DNA from: Leucoraja ocellata
Lineage: Eukaryota
DNA length: 64,000 nucleotides
Direction: 5' to 3'
Assembly (NCBI GenBank): GCA_036785375.1
Contig: JAWMAR010000049.1
Coordinates: 10,292,001 to 10,356,000 of the forward strand
The translations under genes were made by a program, and so were the position numbers. Below, in pieces: positions 1 to 12,920 of the stretch. A model generated the notes under the pieces. It was given only the letters and a program-made list of their open reading frames with translations. It was not told the origin of the DNA and made no database searches. The first letter of the stretch is position 1. Each line of letters opens with the position of its first letter.

Positions 1-257
1 TGGGCGGGACAATGTTTATTCTCACCAACATCACCAAAGCAGATGATTTGATTGATTTGGTGATTTATTTTAATGTTCATTATAGAGCCATGTTTGGACG
101 CATTGCCTATCATTAAATTACTTCATTAACCAACCTGGGTCACCCTGATACTGTGCATAAATACACCTTTTGAGGTTTTTGTTTTTGCAGTCATAGTATT
201 CAGTCCACTTTCCCAAAGTTCTTCATTTTCCATAACGTTCACCCGCACACTACACAC

Positions 258-445
258 CAGAAGCCAATTAGCATAGAAAACTGCACGTCTTTGTAGTGCG
301 GGGGGAAATGAGAGCATCTGGAAAAAACCCACGCGGTCACAGGGAGAATGTGCAAACTCCATACAGACAGCACCCGTAATCTGGATCGAACCAGGGTCTC
401 TGGTGCTGTAAGGCAACAACTCTACCGCTGCACCACTGTGCCACC
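258..445 (-). mobile_element. tRNA-derived V-SINE (HE1-like)
   Basis: Minus strand has a Pol III A/B-box head (GGTGGCACAGTGGTGCAGCGGTAGAG...GGTTCGATCC) followed by the V-domain TGTATGGAGTTTGCACATTCTCCCTGTGACCGCGTGGG. Confidence 0.8.
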
Positions 446-888
446 TTATGTGTGATAATGTTCAACGTTGTTAAACATATGCCAGTATTGTTGTTCTGGA
501 ACACTGTGGCTAAGGCATGGTTAATTCTAGCATGCAAGTCCTCAGTTTTATAACTGGGATATTGTCTGGTCCCATAGCTCTCCTAGTCCCAGGATGGATC
601 ACCCACTTGACACTTCTTACTGAACATTAGCAATAGAATACTGGGCCCTACTATGACTGAGTGTGGGGGGGTTGTTGGAGCTGCCTGCTCCATTTAGACA
701 TTTTATTGTCCACCGCTATCCAAGTTTAGATGTGGCTAGGCTGTTGTTTTGATCTCATCCTTTGGTTGTGGCATCACAAGTCTGAAGAAGTGTCCCAACC
801 CAAAACGTCATCTGCCCATTTACCTCCACCAGGGCTGCCAACATTGGGTGAGAGTTGAGAGTGAGAAATTGCGAGAGGTCGTAGGGAC

Positions 889-1064
889 CGGGGGGGGGGG
901 GGGGGGGGGTGGTGGGGGAGGAGTTGGGATGGGGGGGGAGGAGTTGGGAGGGGGGGGAGGAGTTGGGATGGGGGGGGAGGAGTTGGGATGGGGGGGGAGG
1001 AGTTGGGATGGGGGGGAGGAGTTGGGATGGGGGGATGAGTTGGGATGGGGGGGGGGGGGGGGGG
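889..1064 (+). repeat. G-rich 19-20 bp minisatellite (GGAGGAGTTGGGATGGGGG)n
   Basis: About 6 visible tandem units flanked by poly-G runs; G-quadruplex-capable. Confidence 0.9.
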
Positions 1065-2024
1065 TTTCTAGTTGTTAGTGTCTATCTTCAGTTTAAAACA
1101 GCATCTGCAATTCCTTCCTACACTATTTGTTAAGCAAAACAGGTCCTATTCTCATTATATAATTTTGTAATCATCGTGAGAGCATGAGAATTTTGTGAAA
1201 TGCGGGAGAGTTGGCAGCCCTGCTAATAATGCAAACATTTTATGCAAGTTCCAATTGTTTGGGCAAAAATCACTTATTACTGCTTTATAATAGTTAAGTT
1301 ACTTTAAGACCATTTCAGAAATTATGGCAGTCAACAAAAAATCACCTAACAAATTAAAGCAAACTAAAATAAATACTTTAACGCTGTTAACAGAGCAAAG
1401 GGATATTAATCTCAAGAATCAAAATGGGGAATGTGGGGCAATTTTGCTTAAATGGTCATTCTAAATCCATTCAGATCTGCATAGAGTCAGAGTTATACAA
1501 CATGTACATGGCTGGCCCAATTTGTCCATAATGATCAAGTTGGCATTCTGTGTGCCCAGGGACTGGCTGCCGTTCCCAGATCAGCTCGCGTCCCAGGGAC
1601 TGGCTGCAGTTCTCAGGTCGGCTCGCCTCGCCTGCCCCGACCCAGTGAAAACGAATTGAAAAAAAAAACCCGTGGTTTTTCGGGTTACGGGCCAGATTCG
1701 GCCTGTGTGCCGTAGGTTGCCGATCCCTGTCCTCGATGTTTGGCCTCATTGTGATCCCCCCCAATTCACCTGGTTAGTTCTATCTCCGGCTGCTTCATGT
1801 TGTCGGCGGCTGCACATCCAACCAAGAAAGAAGAGAAGAGATGCGACGTCACTCACAGCTGCCAACTGACGCTCTTCCACAGACCACACAGATCGCTCTG
1901 ATGTGGCGCAAAAGAGACAAACTGTGCAGGGACTGAAGACAGCGTGAGAATTGGCTGAAATGCGTGACTCTCGAGCGTGAGAGTTGGCAGCCCTGTCTAA
2001 GGCCAGGATGTGACAACAGACGCG

Positions 2025-2500
2025 CAGGGAGACACACAGACATGCACACACACACACAGGGACACACACACACAAGGAGACACACACAGGGAGGCACACA
2101 TACACACACGAGGAGACACACACAGACATACACACACACACACGGAGACACAGACACGCGCACACACACAGGGAGACACACATATACACACACACACAGG
2201 GAGACAGACACACACACACAGGGAGGGAGACACACACACACACAGGGAGACACACAGACACGCACACACACACAAGGAGACACACACAGGGAGACGGACA
2301 CACAAGCACGCATATACACACACACCCTCCTCTCCTTCCTCCCTCCTACCCCCATCCCACCTCTTTCTCCCCCTCCCACCCTCTTTCTTCCCTTTCTCCT
2401 TCCCTCCCTTCTACATCATCTCCCCCTGTCTCTCCTTGCCTCCATCCCTCCCTTTTTTTCTTTCCCTCTCTCTCTCTTTCCCCCTTCCCTCTCTCTTCCC
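2025..2500 (+). repeat. Compound (CA)n/GGGAGACA repeat followed by a pyrimidine-rich tract
   Basis: Low-complexity sequence; explains the VC/HT-rich ORFs at 1746-2573. Confidence 0.9.
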
Positions 2501-5500
2501 GGCTGCCCAATGGGGAGTCTGGCGGGCAGGGTGTAGCGTGGATTGGCGGCACTGGCGCTGCCGTGTGAGTTGAAGGGCAGGAGGGAGGGAGGGAGCGAGG
2601 CTGCAGCGGCGGCCGACAGCGCAGGGCTCACAGCCGGCAAACAGATGCGCTGACACCCGGCGGCTGCACATCCAACCAAGAGAGAAGAGACGCGACGTCA
2701 CTCACAGCCGTCAACCGACGCGCTTCCCCAGATCGCACAGATAGATCGCTGCAATAGCGCAAAGAGACAAACTTTGCAGCAAAGATCGTATAGCTCCGCT
2801 ATAGGATCCTTGCTGTGCAGGAACTGAAGACAGCGTGAGAATTCTGTCTTCAGCGTGAGGGCGTGAGAATTAGCTGAAATGAGTGAGTCTCACGCTCAAA
2901 GCGTGAGAGTTGGCAGCCCTGCCTCCACAGATGCTGCCGGATCGGCTGAGTTTCCCAGTAGTTTCTTTTCACTACTATTAACACCTTTTGGATTATAAGC
3001 ACATATATAGTCCAGTGTGCAGCTTCACATTGTTGGATCTATTTGGTGCTGCTTGTTGTTGAACTAGGGTTGGTCCCATAGTTTGATTACAATGGTAGAA
3101 TAATGCATAAACTGGGCCAAAATGTTATAGAGTGTGGCACTACATTGCTGCTGCTAATAGTCCAAGGTGCTTCATGGATTCCAATATTGAGGTGCTAAAT
3201 TTGTCTGAGGCCATCCCATTTAGGAGACAGTTGTCGTACCACAAAGTGTGGAAACAGAACTTTGCTTCCATTAACCATGTGATGGTCTTTTTACCCATGT
3301 TGTTGTGGACCAACAATCAGTAGATTAGTAATGATGTGGTCAATTAAACGGTTCTCTTGTGTTGCTTCACTAATTACCTGCTGGAGTCATGTTCTTCAGG
3401 ACTCTGCCAAATTGATCACCTGTGGTCACTGATGCCATGGGACCTAATACCTGGTGTCATTGTTGAGCACTTCTAGTGCCACTCACTGGTAGTATTGGAT
3501 TGCTTTCTGTTGCCACACCTTTTGTTCCTGAAGTACCGAGAGACTGCGACTCTTTTGTGTACTTTGTATGCAAAAACAAATAAATTCACTTTTGCTAGGT
3601 TCAAGTGACAATAAAGTATCATCACCAAAGAAGGACAACAGAGTAACTTGCTGACAATAAGCAATAACTTCATTCTTTATATTGAAATTCAAATTACAAA
3701 TTCCATTGTTGTGTTTCGGGACACGTGACAATTAAACACTCTTGAATAAACTTTATACATAGGGATTTGTTTTATGTGGAAACTTGAAAAAATAGGACAG
3801 GAGTAGGCCATTCAGTCCTGTGAGCAAGTTGTGCCTCTCCATGCAATCTTCTTAATAATATATTCAGGTCGAACAGGTTCAGGTACTTGGCCTCCACAGC
3901 ACTTTGCTGCTGAGAATTACAAAGGTTTATCACCCAGTGAGTGAAGAAATCTCCCCTTATTTTGGTCCTAAATGTTTTATTACTTGTTCTAGACAATCCG
4001 TTTACACAATAATTCCTGTCAAAATTTGTATGTTTCAATTAAATCCTTTCTCATTTTTCTTCACCTAATCTTGCTCCTGTATTTGGTAAGTATATTCTGT
4101 AAAGTCCTTCTGTAAAACATTCCAGGAAATATTAGGTGGGGAATAACCCATCTTTCAATTTGTCTTTTCTGTTCCTTCAGAAGGATGTTGTAATTACTGT
4201 ATAAAGATCCATCTGAAAGGCGAACAATTGCAGCAGACCACACAATGTCATTGATCAGAATTGTTTATTTTGTGTAAGAATTCACAACGCAGGAAGCCAT
4301 TTGCAACCAAAGCATGAACATACTTTACAAGAAGGCAATGGCTGGGGGAGCAGACGGGAGACAGCACTGTCCCTCATTTCTGCAACAAACTGCAACATAT
4401 AAACCAGCACAATCAGCTCTACAGCACAGTTACAAATCAGGGCAATCCTCGCAGAGAGGGCAGAACTGACAACAATGACAGCCATCCACATCTTTACAAT
4501 ATCAAGCACTGCTGGTGAAGAGCAGTGGATTAAACGACAAGTTCAATGAGAGTTTCAGACACAGAAAGGAAACATTTTCACATCCTTAAAAAATCCTGTA
4601 ACATGCAGCATAAATTCAATGAACAAGAAGGACCTGGGGTATTTTGTCCACTTTATTGCACAGTAATAGAAATGCTTATCCCCAGAGATTTATTTAAACG
4701 AGGCCACAATGATCTCGGATGCAACCTCCGATCTCCTTTCTGTTTGACCTTGCTGAAGTTCCCCCTTTGTCTGACTTACATGAGTCGTGCTTAATACTAG
4801 AGCTGGTAATCCCCCCCCCACCTGCCCGATGACCTTTCTCTATCTGGTGCCGTCACCAAACTTGGAGAGCTTTAAATTGAAGGACAGTGCTGCTGGATCC
4901 TGGTTTCTACCTGAGGATGTAACACTCTCAATGTCTTGATTGAAAAGTTACAAATCCTGTTATGAGAGGTTGATGCTACCAGCTCAAAAATGTGCAATAA
5001 GGAATAGGACGTTCCAATGAGTGATATCCATCGCAGTGGACTGACAATTCCTACTACTTTGGCATTAGCTTGATATACTTCAGCAAAACAAAAAAATAAG
5101 TGTCTGTACCAAAATCAATTTGAAACTCACTTTTTACGATCCATTCATTGACACTAATCCCTCAATTTTAATTGTCTGACCTTTCAACCATTGAAGTGCT
5201 AAACTACCATTATTGTGCACAATGTCATTAGAAGGATTGGATAATTCAAATTTTCCTGGTGGAATAAAGTTTGAATTACCGGAGTAGGTTGTAAATCTGA
5301 AGATTTCCCTGAGAGCTGTATATAGTTGAGCCATCGGTTTATATCCGGGGAATAGTAGTTTCAAGCATGGTCTGAGTATCATGTTGGTGACCCCAGTCTT
5401 TGTGGGCTGTTTTATTTCATTTCTTCGCTCATTTGAGATGTTGCAAACTGAATTCTTGGACAGGGTGTGCTTTAAACGTGAAACGAGAAGAGCTGCAAAT

Positions 5501-6042
5501 AAATTGTGGCTGAGAAGTCATGTGCTACTCCCCTCAGTTATTATAGTGCCAGAGCTTCACAAAACTCACTCGGGAAAGATCTCATTTCTTTCTAGAGGCA
5601 AATTCGATTCCTGGTTCATTATTGAATTATTTGTGAATAATCCTTCTTTCGTGGAAGTTGAAAACTCAGTAAACTATCTAAACTGTTCAGCTAAATAAGA
5701 CTTCCTTGCTGCACCCTGTGGGGTTTAGACAGAATTCTTTATAGTCTTTTAATAAAACCAAACATATTGCCACTGCGGTGAGTGCAAAGATGAGTGACAA
5801 TGATGTACTGCCTCCATCCTGCCTCATAACTTCCACAGTAAAATAATCCAAACTGGTTGCTGGTGCTTGGTAACCAACAGCTTGGTTACCCCACCCAATG
5901 GAGATATCAATCAATGTGTTATTAAATGGTCATTTAGCTAACTGATTATTGAAATGGGAATTTTATTAAATTATTCTCTTTTTGGGTAATTTATCCAATA
6001 GGAAATTAAGTTTATTTCCCTACAAAAACACACGTCTAACTG

Positions 6043-6218
6043 AGATAGACACAAAGTGCTGGAGTAACCCAGTGGATCAGACAGCATCTCTGAAAAAACA
6101 AAAGGATAGGGACACAAAACTCACCTGTCCTTTTTCCCATAGATGCTGCCTGACCCACTGATTATTCCAGCATTTAGTGTCTACCTTTGGTGTAAACCAG
6201 CATATGCAGTTCCTTCGT
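6043..6218. mobile_element. Penelope-derived foldback element
   Basis: Inverted arms AGACACAAAGTGCTGGAGTAAC..CAGCATCT / AGATGCTGCCTGACCC..TCCAGCATTTAGTGTCT plus an AAACCAGCAT.TGCAGTTCCTT tail. Confidence 0.7.
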
Positions 6219-7559
6219 ATTACATCTCTAGCTGGCTGGGTTTTGTGCTGCAAGTTTTAGTTGAGACGTGGATTAGTTGCTGAAGCTCTGCAGTGTGTGT
6301 ACGTGACAAATGGAGAAGTCCCAATGATGGCCGTAATATACAGAAGCTTTGTCTGGCTTTCCTGATTCTTGGTGTTCTATTACTAACGAGCTGAGCACAG
6401 TTCCAAATCCTTGATGTAAAATATGTCTTAAATCCGAAGCATATGATTAATCCAGCAGCACTGTCCTTCCTTCCATCCATCTGTCTAGGGATGTGCCCCA
6501 CTCACCATTGGGATCATGGCCACATATTTCCACTGCGCAGAATATCCTGGTACTGCCCTTGTAGTCAGACAAAGGGGACTCTGTACTTTTGCACCAAAAG
6601 ATTTAGCATTTATTTTATAATGAGAAGGAAGACATTTTTTTTTAGTAGATAAGGGTTTTGAAATTTGCACTCCTGATCAGGGACATGTTTAAATCACATG
6701 CAGGCTTCTCTATTATACAAGGTGGCTAACCGAGACACCTCAAGGATTGGTAATTGTCTTCAATTGACTTTCACATTTGAATGACTCAAGCTGTGCAACT
6801 TGGAGAACACTAAAACTGAATGGAAACTGGTGGAAACCAGTAATTAATTTCATCATAATACTACTGATATTGAACACTTGGATATTAGCTCCGGGTAACC
6901 CTCATTGAAAGATGATCTAAAGCTCCCATCTCAGACCAGTGGGGTAAATGGCACTGAAATAATTAGACCAGGAAAATCTTACACTTTGTCACTGATCTGT
7001 GCTAAGTTAGTTCTCTCTGAAGAATTGCTGCAGTGAGGAATGGGCTTTGCCTCTGATACTGATGCGTTGCTAGTACTGGATCAGCTGCCAGGGAAGGAGG
7101 CCGTGTTCAGCATAACCACCAAGGTGGACCAGTCAGGCTGAGCGGCTGCTTTTGTGCTGTACATTTTATGTAATCTATGTGTACCATTCTGGGATCGCAT
7201 TCATAACTGGTGACTTGATGTCTGCAGGTAAGTAAGATCTTAGGTGGTGAAATACAACTTGCCTTTTGTAACACTCACCTCCTTATGCTGAGACCCCAGA
7301 AACCTGTAAAGATTATTGTTTCAGTTGTTGAAATATAAATAACAATTTAAAAAAAAAGTAACTGCTTACTCCCAAACCATTCCGCAGTCAGTCCCACATC
7401 ATTATTCTCTCTCCCATAATTGCATCCTAATCCTCCCCCTCCTTTCAGCTCCTAAACCCACCTCTTCCTTCAGCAGTGGCATCCTAACCATACTTTCGTC
7501 ACCCAGGGATGGAGCTGCAGCCGAACCCTGTGCAGTCCTAACACGTGCTCCCACAATGA

Positions 7560-8160
7560 TCTCTGTAGGATCTCACAGCACCAGAATCTTGGTGGGATCC
7601 TTGCTCTTTCTCTGCCTTTCATAGTGAGATCCTAATCCCACCTCTCCCTCCTACAGTGGGGTCCTAATCTTATCTCACCTTCCCAAAGTGAGATCCTACC
7701 CCCTCCGCAATGGGATCTAATCCCACCTATGCCCCCACCCCCCCCCCACAGTGGGATGTAACCCCACCGCTCCCTGCTACAATCGGATCTATCCCCATCA
7801 CTCCGTCCCACAGTGGGAGCTGATCCCACCCGCTCCTAGCCACAGTTGGATCCTAATCTCATCTCTCCCTCCAACAGTGAGATCCTAACTCCACCACTCC
7901 CACCCACAGTCAGATCCTAAACCTATCTCTCCCTCCATCAGTGAGAGCTGAATCTTACTGTGCCCTCTCAAGGATGGTTCTGAACCTTGCCTCGCCCTCC
8001 GACAGTAGGATCTGAACTAATCCTTTCACTTTCGTCACCCTTCTTCCACCACTCTATTTCATCTATCTCAAGAACATTGCAGAACCCTCGCAGAATGACT
8101 TTGAAACTCTCCTGCATTGGGCTCCTAATCCTATTGTTACTCTGACCCAGCAGGGTTCTA
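7560..8160 (+). repeat. Degenerate ~32-bp minisatellite (CAGTGGGATCCTAATCCCACCTCTCCCTCCTA-like)
   Basis: AGTG(A/G)G(A/G)TCC recurs at 7623, 7655, 7687 and onward. Confidence 0.8.
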
Positions 8161-10316
8161 ATGCAGCTGCCTCTGCTCTTTGCTTCGATTACACCTACAC
8201 TGGCCTCTCGGTTGTTCCCCCCAATTAGTACACTGCACAGCCCATGGCAGCAGCAGCAGGGGATGGGGTGATACTACAGCTGTTCTTGTCTAAGCCCATC
8301 CAGATCAGAGAGTGAATTGGAGCATGATGCTTTGCTTTTATTTATTCACCAGACATGTAGTGCTTTCAATTGTTGGCTAGTAAGGAATGTACTGTTTGTC
8401 ACACCTTTGCAAGCTGGGTGGTTTCACTGGGGTATTATAGTAGGTGAAGAATTGTGATTTACTGTTGCACATTTATGTTTGTGAGTTTAAAAATAACATC
8501 AGGTATCGCGACGGGCAAACTATGAAAAGTTGCAGAGGGGGTCAGAGAAAGAAAATTGCAATTCAATAACCAAAAGGAGTTATAAGGGAAGGCAAAAGAG
8601 GAGAGTAGAAGGGATGGTGCAAGCATCAACCACTGAGGGTGCCTCTCCTGCTAACTGATTTTTATTTCAGCCACGAAGCTTAACATTTTGCTTCCACACC
8701 CTGTCCTGTGACATTTTCCATCCTTGTGCTTTTCATGGGAAGTAAGGGATTTGGGCAGGTCCCATGCCAGCCCATTCAGTGCTTATGGTAACTTTGATTT
8801 AAACTAAAGCGTGTAGGCTGCAAATGTAGAAAACACTGAGTTGTTTTTTTATCTTCAGATCTGACACAGATGCTAATGAAAGAATGCATAAGGGTTTCTC
8901 CAGGAAAGGTTTTTTTTTGTACCAAATATCAGAATCAGTGACGTATTTAGAAATCGCAATGGGGTGCAGATTGAAACTCCCAATTTCTACAAAACATCCT
9001 CATCCAGGCTTTTACTTTTCAAAATACAGAGTTTGGACACCACATTTATTTTGAGACAGATAAGCCAAAACCAAACTAATCACAGACACGAGACGAAACA
9101 CTGCTTTTCATAGGCTAACGTGCAAACAATTTGTTAATCAGCGGATGCAGCAGGTTCACAAGTCCAGGCTTCAGTTTGTGCTACACATTGGTGGGGTGGG
9201 TGGGGATAGTGATGGGCAGACTGGAGCTGAGCCAAGCCTGGCTGCAGTTTGTGCTGTACATGTAGGGAAGGGGTGCAAACTTTAGCTGAGCTCAGCCAGG
9301 CTTCCGGTCTGCTCAGTCACAGGCTGGTGACTTGTTTGTGTACATTCGAAAGCAGCTAAAATACCAAACACCAGATAATTGGCACAGAACATTGGCTTTA
9401 GATGAACAATAAAGTCTTCAAGCAACGCAGGGATCTAGGCCATACAAAAGGCAATTTTGTTTTGTTTTTAAATCATAACGTTAATGAAAGGATGTACCAG
9501 ATCTGCTTGGAGTGCAATGGAAGATGTGGTGAAATGAAAGAATCCAGCAATAAGGCCTTAATCAGTCATCGTGGATTCACTTTCGCTCAGTGGTTTTCTT
9601 AGTGTGTTATTGCCCTGCAGTCTTCATCAGCTGCTACCCTGTAGATTCCTCCAAGAGCCAACCTGAATGGTTTCTCGAAAGATATTCAATCATCCTTTAT
9701 TTCAGAACTCAGCAAGATTGAATCTTAATGAGCTGTGAAGCAGGTTGTTAGATCCCACGTGGACCAGACTGGAGACTTCATTTATTTTTAACTGAACGTG
9801 TGATCTGGTCTGAAATTCCATTTAATTTTCTTTTACTTTATTTCGGGTGGTTTTATGTGATTCATGCCATTCAATGTTGACACAAGGGAAATAGTCTCGT
9901 AACTTCACTGTGGTATTTAACTGGGCTGCTGGCAGGTCTTCAGCAAAGAAGAGTTAAGTTCACCAAAGAATGAGGTGTGCGTTATTGGTGAGGAGATGGT
10001 GGAGATGGAGGCATTACAGTCTCAAATTGTGGAGTTGAAAGGGTATCTGATCTTCCTCACAGCTCACAAACTATTGTGGAAAAAACAGGGATGAAGACTG
10101 GGTTGACCTTGGGTTAGTTGTCACCACATTAATCCTTGATCATTTACAAGGGGCAATCGCATCCAACCCTTTGCAATGAGAAAAACTCAAACCATTTACC
10201 TCTGTGACTGATGCTCCAACTATCTAATGCACCTGGAGCCTGGAATGCTGATGACTGACAGAGCGTTCCAATGAAAGCCACAGTGGAGATTCATACCTCA
10301 ATCCTGTACGACAAGT

Positions 10317-10470
10317 AGATAGACACAAAATGCTGCAGTAACTCAGTGCATCAGGCAGCATCTCTGGAGATCGTTGGTAGGAGTCATTTTGAGATGCTGC
10401 CTGACCCGCTGAGTTACTCCAGCATTTTGTGTCAATCTTTGGTGTAAACCTGCATCTGCAGTTCCTTCCT
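10317..10470. mobile_element. Penelope-derived foldback element
   Basis: Same inverted arms and tail as the other copies. Confidence 0.7.
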
Positions 10471-10939
10471 GTATTACAAGTGCCCTGTGAACAACTTCAT
10501 ATGCCTAAACAATTTTAATTATGATTGGACTCATTGATGTAAATGACCATGACTCTAAAATGCACGTCTAGTTCCTTTGCAGCCATTGCCTAGTCCATTT
10601 ACTTTTTTTAAAATAGTAATACTTGTATGTCTCGAAGACACGGATCATAGCTGGTCTCTAGGTAGCACAAACATAGAATTACTGATAGAAGCTGCAGGTT
10701 GTTTAGTTGTCCTACAGAAAGTAACAATGCTATTACCATGTTATGAAGCAGCCTTTGGCAGCAGTTTTCAACTCCGTGCACTTCTCTAAAAAATGTGGTG
10801 TTTGAGCACACGACTGAATAGAAAGTCTTTGCTATATTCACCCCAAAGCCAAGGACCAAAGAAATAACAATTGAAGCAAATTTGAGTAGGGAAATATTAT
10901 TTTCACTCTCTTTCTAATGCAGAGTAGAAATGCCTGAAG

Positions 10940-11340
10940 GTTGGGATCATAAAGCTCTACAGGCCTTCTGTCCAACTCTTCCATGCTGACCAAGTTGCCA
11001 AACTGAGCTAGTCCCACTTGTCTGATGCTGACCTTTCCTATCGAAGTACCTGTCTTTTAAACGTTGTAATTGTATCTGCCTCTACTACTTTCCATGGCAG
11101 CTTGTTCCATATATGCACTACCCTCTGTACAAATACCCCCTTAGATCCCTTTTAAAGCTCTCCCCTCTCACCTTAAACCTATGCCCTCTAGCTTTAAACT
11201 CCCCTACTCAGGGTAAAAAGTATGGCTCTGTGCCTTATTTTGCTTAGTTTATAAAATCATCCCTCTTCCTATCGCAGGGTGACCTGAACTGTACACAGTG
11301 CTCCAAATGTCTTGTAAAGCTGTAAGATGACATCCCGGGG
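10940..11340 (-). mobile_element. CR1-type LINE 3' fragment
   Basis: Reverse complement of the CR1 3' end seen at 26690 and 56295 (TCACCTTAAACCTATGCCCTCTAG). Confidence 0.7.
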
Positions 11341-12604
11341 TGGTGGTAAAATTGAATAGGTCTACTATGTTGTTAAAAGGACATCTGTAGTACATAGGCT
11401 GTCAGTACCGAGCCATAGTTATACCATTTACTTTAATGATCTGTCAGTCATTGCTTGATATGGCAGCATTCCACGCTGCACGTTGGCTGCAACATCTTCT
11501 CCCTGGCAAGAATCCAGACCTTTCCACTAATAAATGAATTGCTAAATTATACGGGGCACAGCACTCACAGATAATTTTCAGGAACTCTGAACTTCATAGC
11601 TGAAACCCATCTGATTTATATCTTGCTTTGGCATAAAAAGCTTCCCAATGCATTTCAACGCACTGACTTCATATTTCATTGCTATTTGGATGATATTACT
11701 GTACTTGTCAATGGCCGTAGTGATGTGGATGAATCTTACTCTGACATACAAGTGCTTTGCAAAAATGTCTCTAGTCCATCTCTTAATTTAAATAGTTTAG
11801 ACAACAGTGTGGACAGATATTTGGGCGGGAAGGAGAGATACTGCAATAAGGAAGGTAGTCCAATGACAAGATGGATAAATGAGGCGTGTAAGGAGGTTAG
11901 AGCATTAATTGGCATTTACTTTCTGGATATTGTCTAGATAAGAATAACTCTAAAATATGCCTCCAAAATGGTGAAGGATTGTCTCCTAGTCTGGTGTGGT
12001 GCTAATATTAATGATGATTATTCTGGGCCTGTTCTTTAACAATGATAAGTTACCTACATTAATCATGTATGGGGAAGCATCCAGGATTGAATTGTATTGA
12101 AATATTTATGAAGATACTAATGCATGGAAGGGGAAGAAAAGATTCAGATGTATTAAGTCCAGCCCATTCAATCAATGACATGTCTTTGTACCCTGTTCAA
12201 CTCGTAACAATTTAAATTTTCCTCCCAATTCTCCATCAGTCTCATCATATACCTCCAAGCAGTATTAAGCTATTTCTTGGGACAACTAAAACTTAATTTT
12301 GCTGACTTCTTGTTAATTTTTTTAACTAACTGAGAAAAATGGGGTTGGACCAGGTTCATCGTACATCACAACCAACTCGTAATTTACACCTTGTAACTGT
12401 TAATGATCTCATCAAAAACATGTCTTGTTTTCAGCTAAACTTGTATCACAACATCATACATATTATGGAGAAGAAGCTAAAGGGAAAATAAGTTAGTACT
12501 CAATGATTGAGGGAAATATACTGAGGTATATCATTAATAATGAAGATTTAGAGCTCAGCCTAAAAATAGCGAAGTATTTAAGGAATTGCATATTGGACAA
12601 TACA

Positions 12605-12920
12605 ACAATGTAGTAGATCCGCTGTCTCACTGCTCCAATGACCTGGGCTCAATCGCAACCTCTGCTGATGTCTGTGTGGAGTGTGCATGTTCTCCCTCTG
12701 ACCATGTGGGTTTCTCCTGTATGCTCAGATTCCCTCCCATATTCCAAATGTTAATCGGCCACTGTGTATTGAATCAGTGAGTGGTAGAATCCGGGGTAGT
12801 TGATGTGAATGTGGGGAGAATAAAATGAGTCTATAGTAGGATTAGTGTAAATGGATGCTTTATAGTGAAAATGAACTAGGTGGGCTGAAGGACCTGTATC
12901 TGCAATGTATGATTTATGAC
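12605..12920 (+). mobile_element. Degenerate V-SINE
   Basis: TGTCTGTGTGGAGTGTGCATGTTCTCCCTCTGACCATGTGGG plus a GGGCTGAAGGACCTGT tail. Confidence 0.7.

Larger units (their letters stand above)
830..2921. mobile_element. Composite non-autonomous DNA transposon with CAGGGCTGCCAAC termini and 7-bp TSD
   Basis: Left TIR at 830-842; right TIRs GTTGGCAGCCCTG at 1210-1222, 1983-1995 and 2909-2921; CCTCCAC duplicated at 823-829 and 2922-2928. Confidence 0.7.

Noticed and set aside
258-445. tRNA-like A/B boxes as tRNA genes (also at 48808 and other SINE heads)
   Set aside because: They continue into the V-domain and LINE-like tail, so they are SINEs; no cloverleaf is evident.
1746-2701. Long overlapping ORFs of 100-190 aa
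   Set aside because: Artefacts of CA and CT microsatellites inside a transposon.
4282-4509. Minus ORF KMWMAVIVVSSALSARIALI..., faintly like the STX2A TM tail (a possible third TM exon)
   Set aside because: No polypyrimidine tract, only an AAG acceptor, Arg/Asn/Glu inside the would-be helix and no early stop. At best a decayed remnant.
5687-5914. Minus ORF containing FTVEVMR and a hydrophobic stretch
   Set aside because: The short match to syntaxin FVEVM is isolated and in the wrong position, with no supporting splice structure.
7560-8160. Regularly spaced repeats as a CRISPR-like array (also 62003-62600)
   Set aside because: Eukaryotic context, degenerate head-to-tail units with no unique spacers, and no cas genes.
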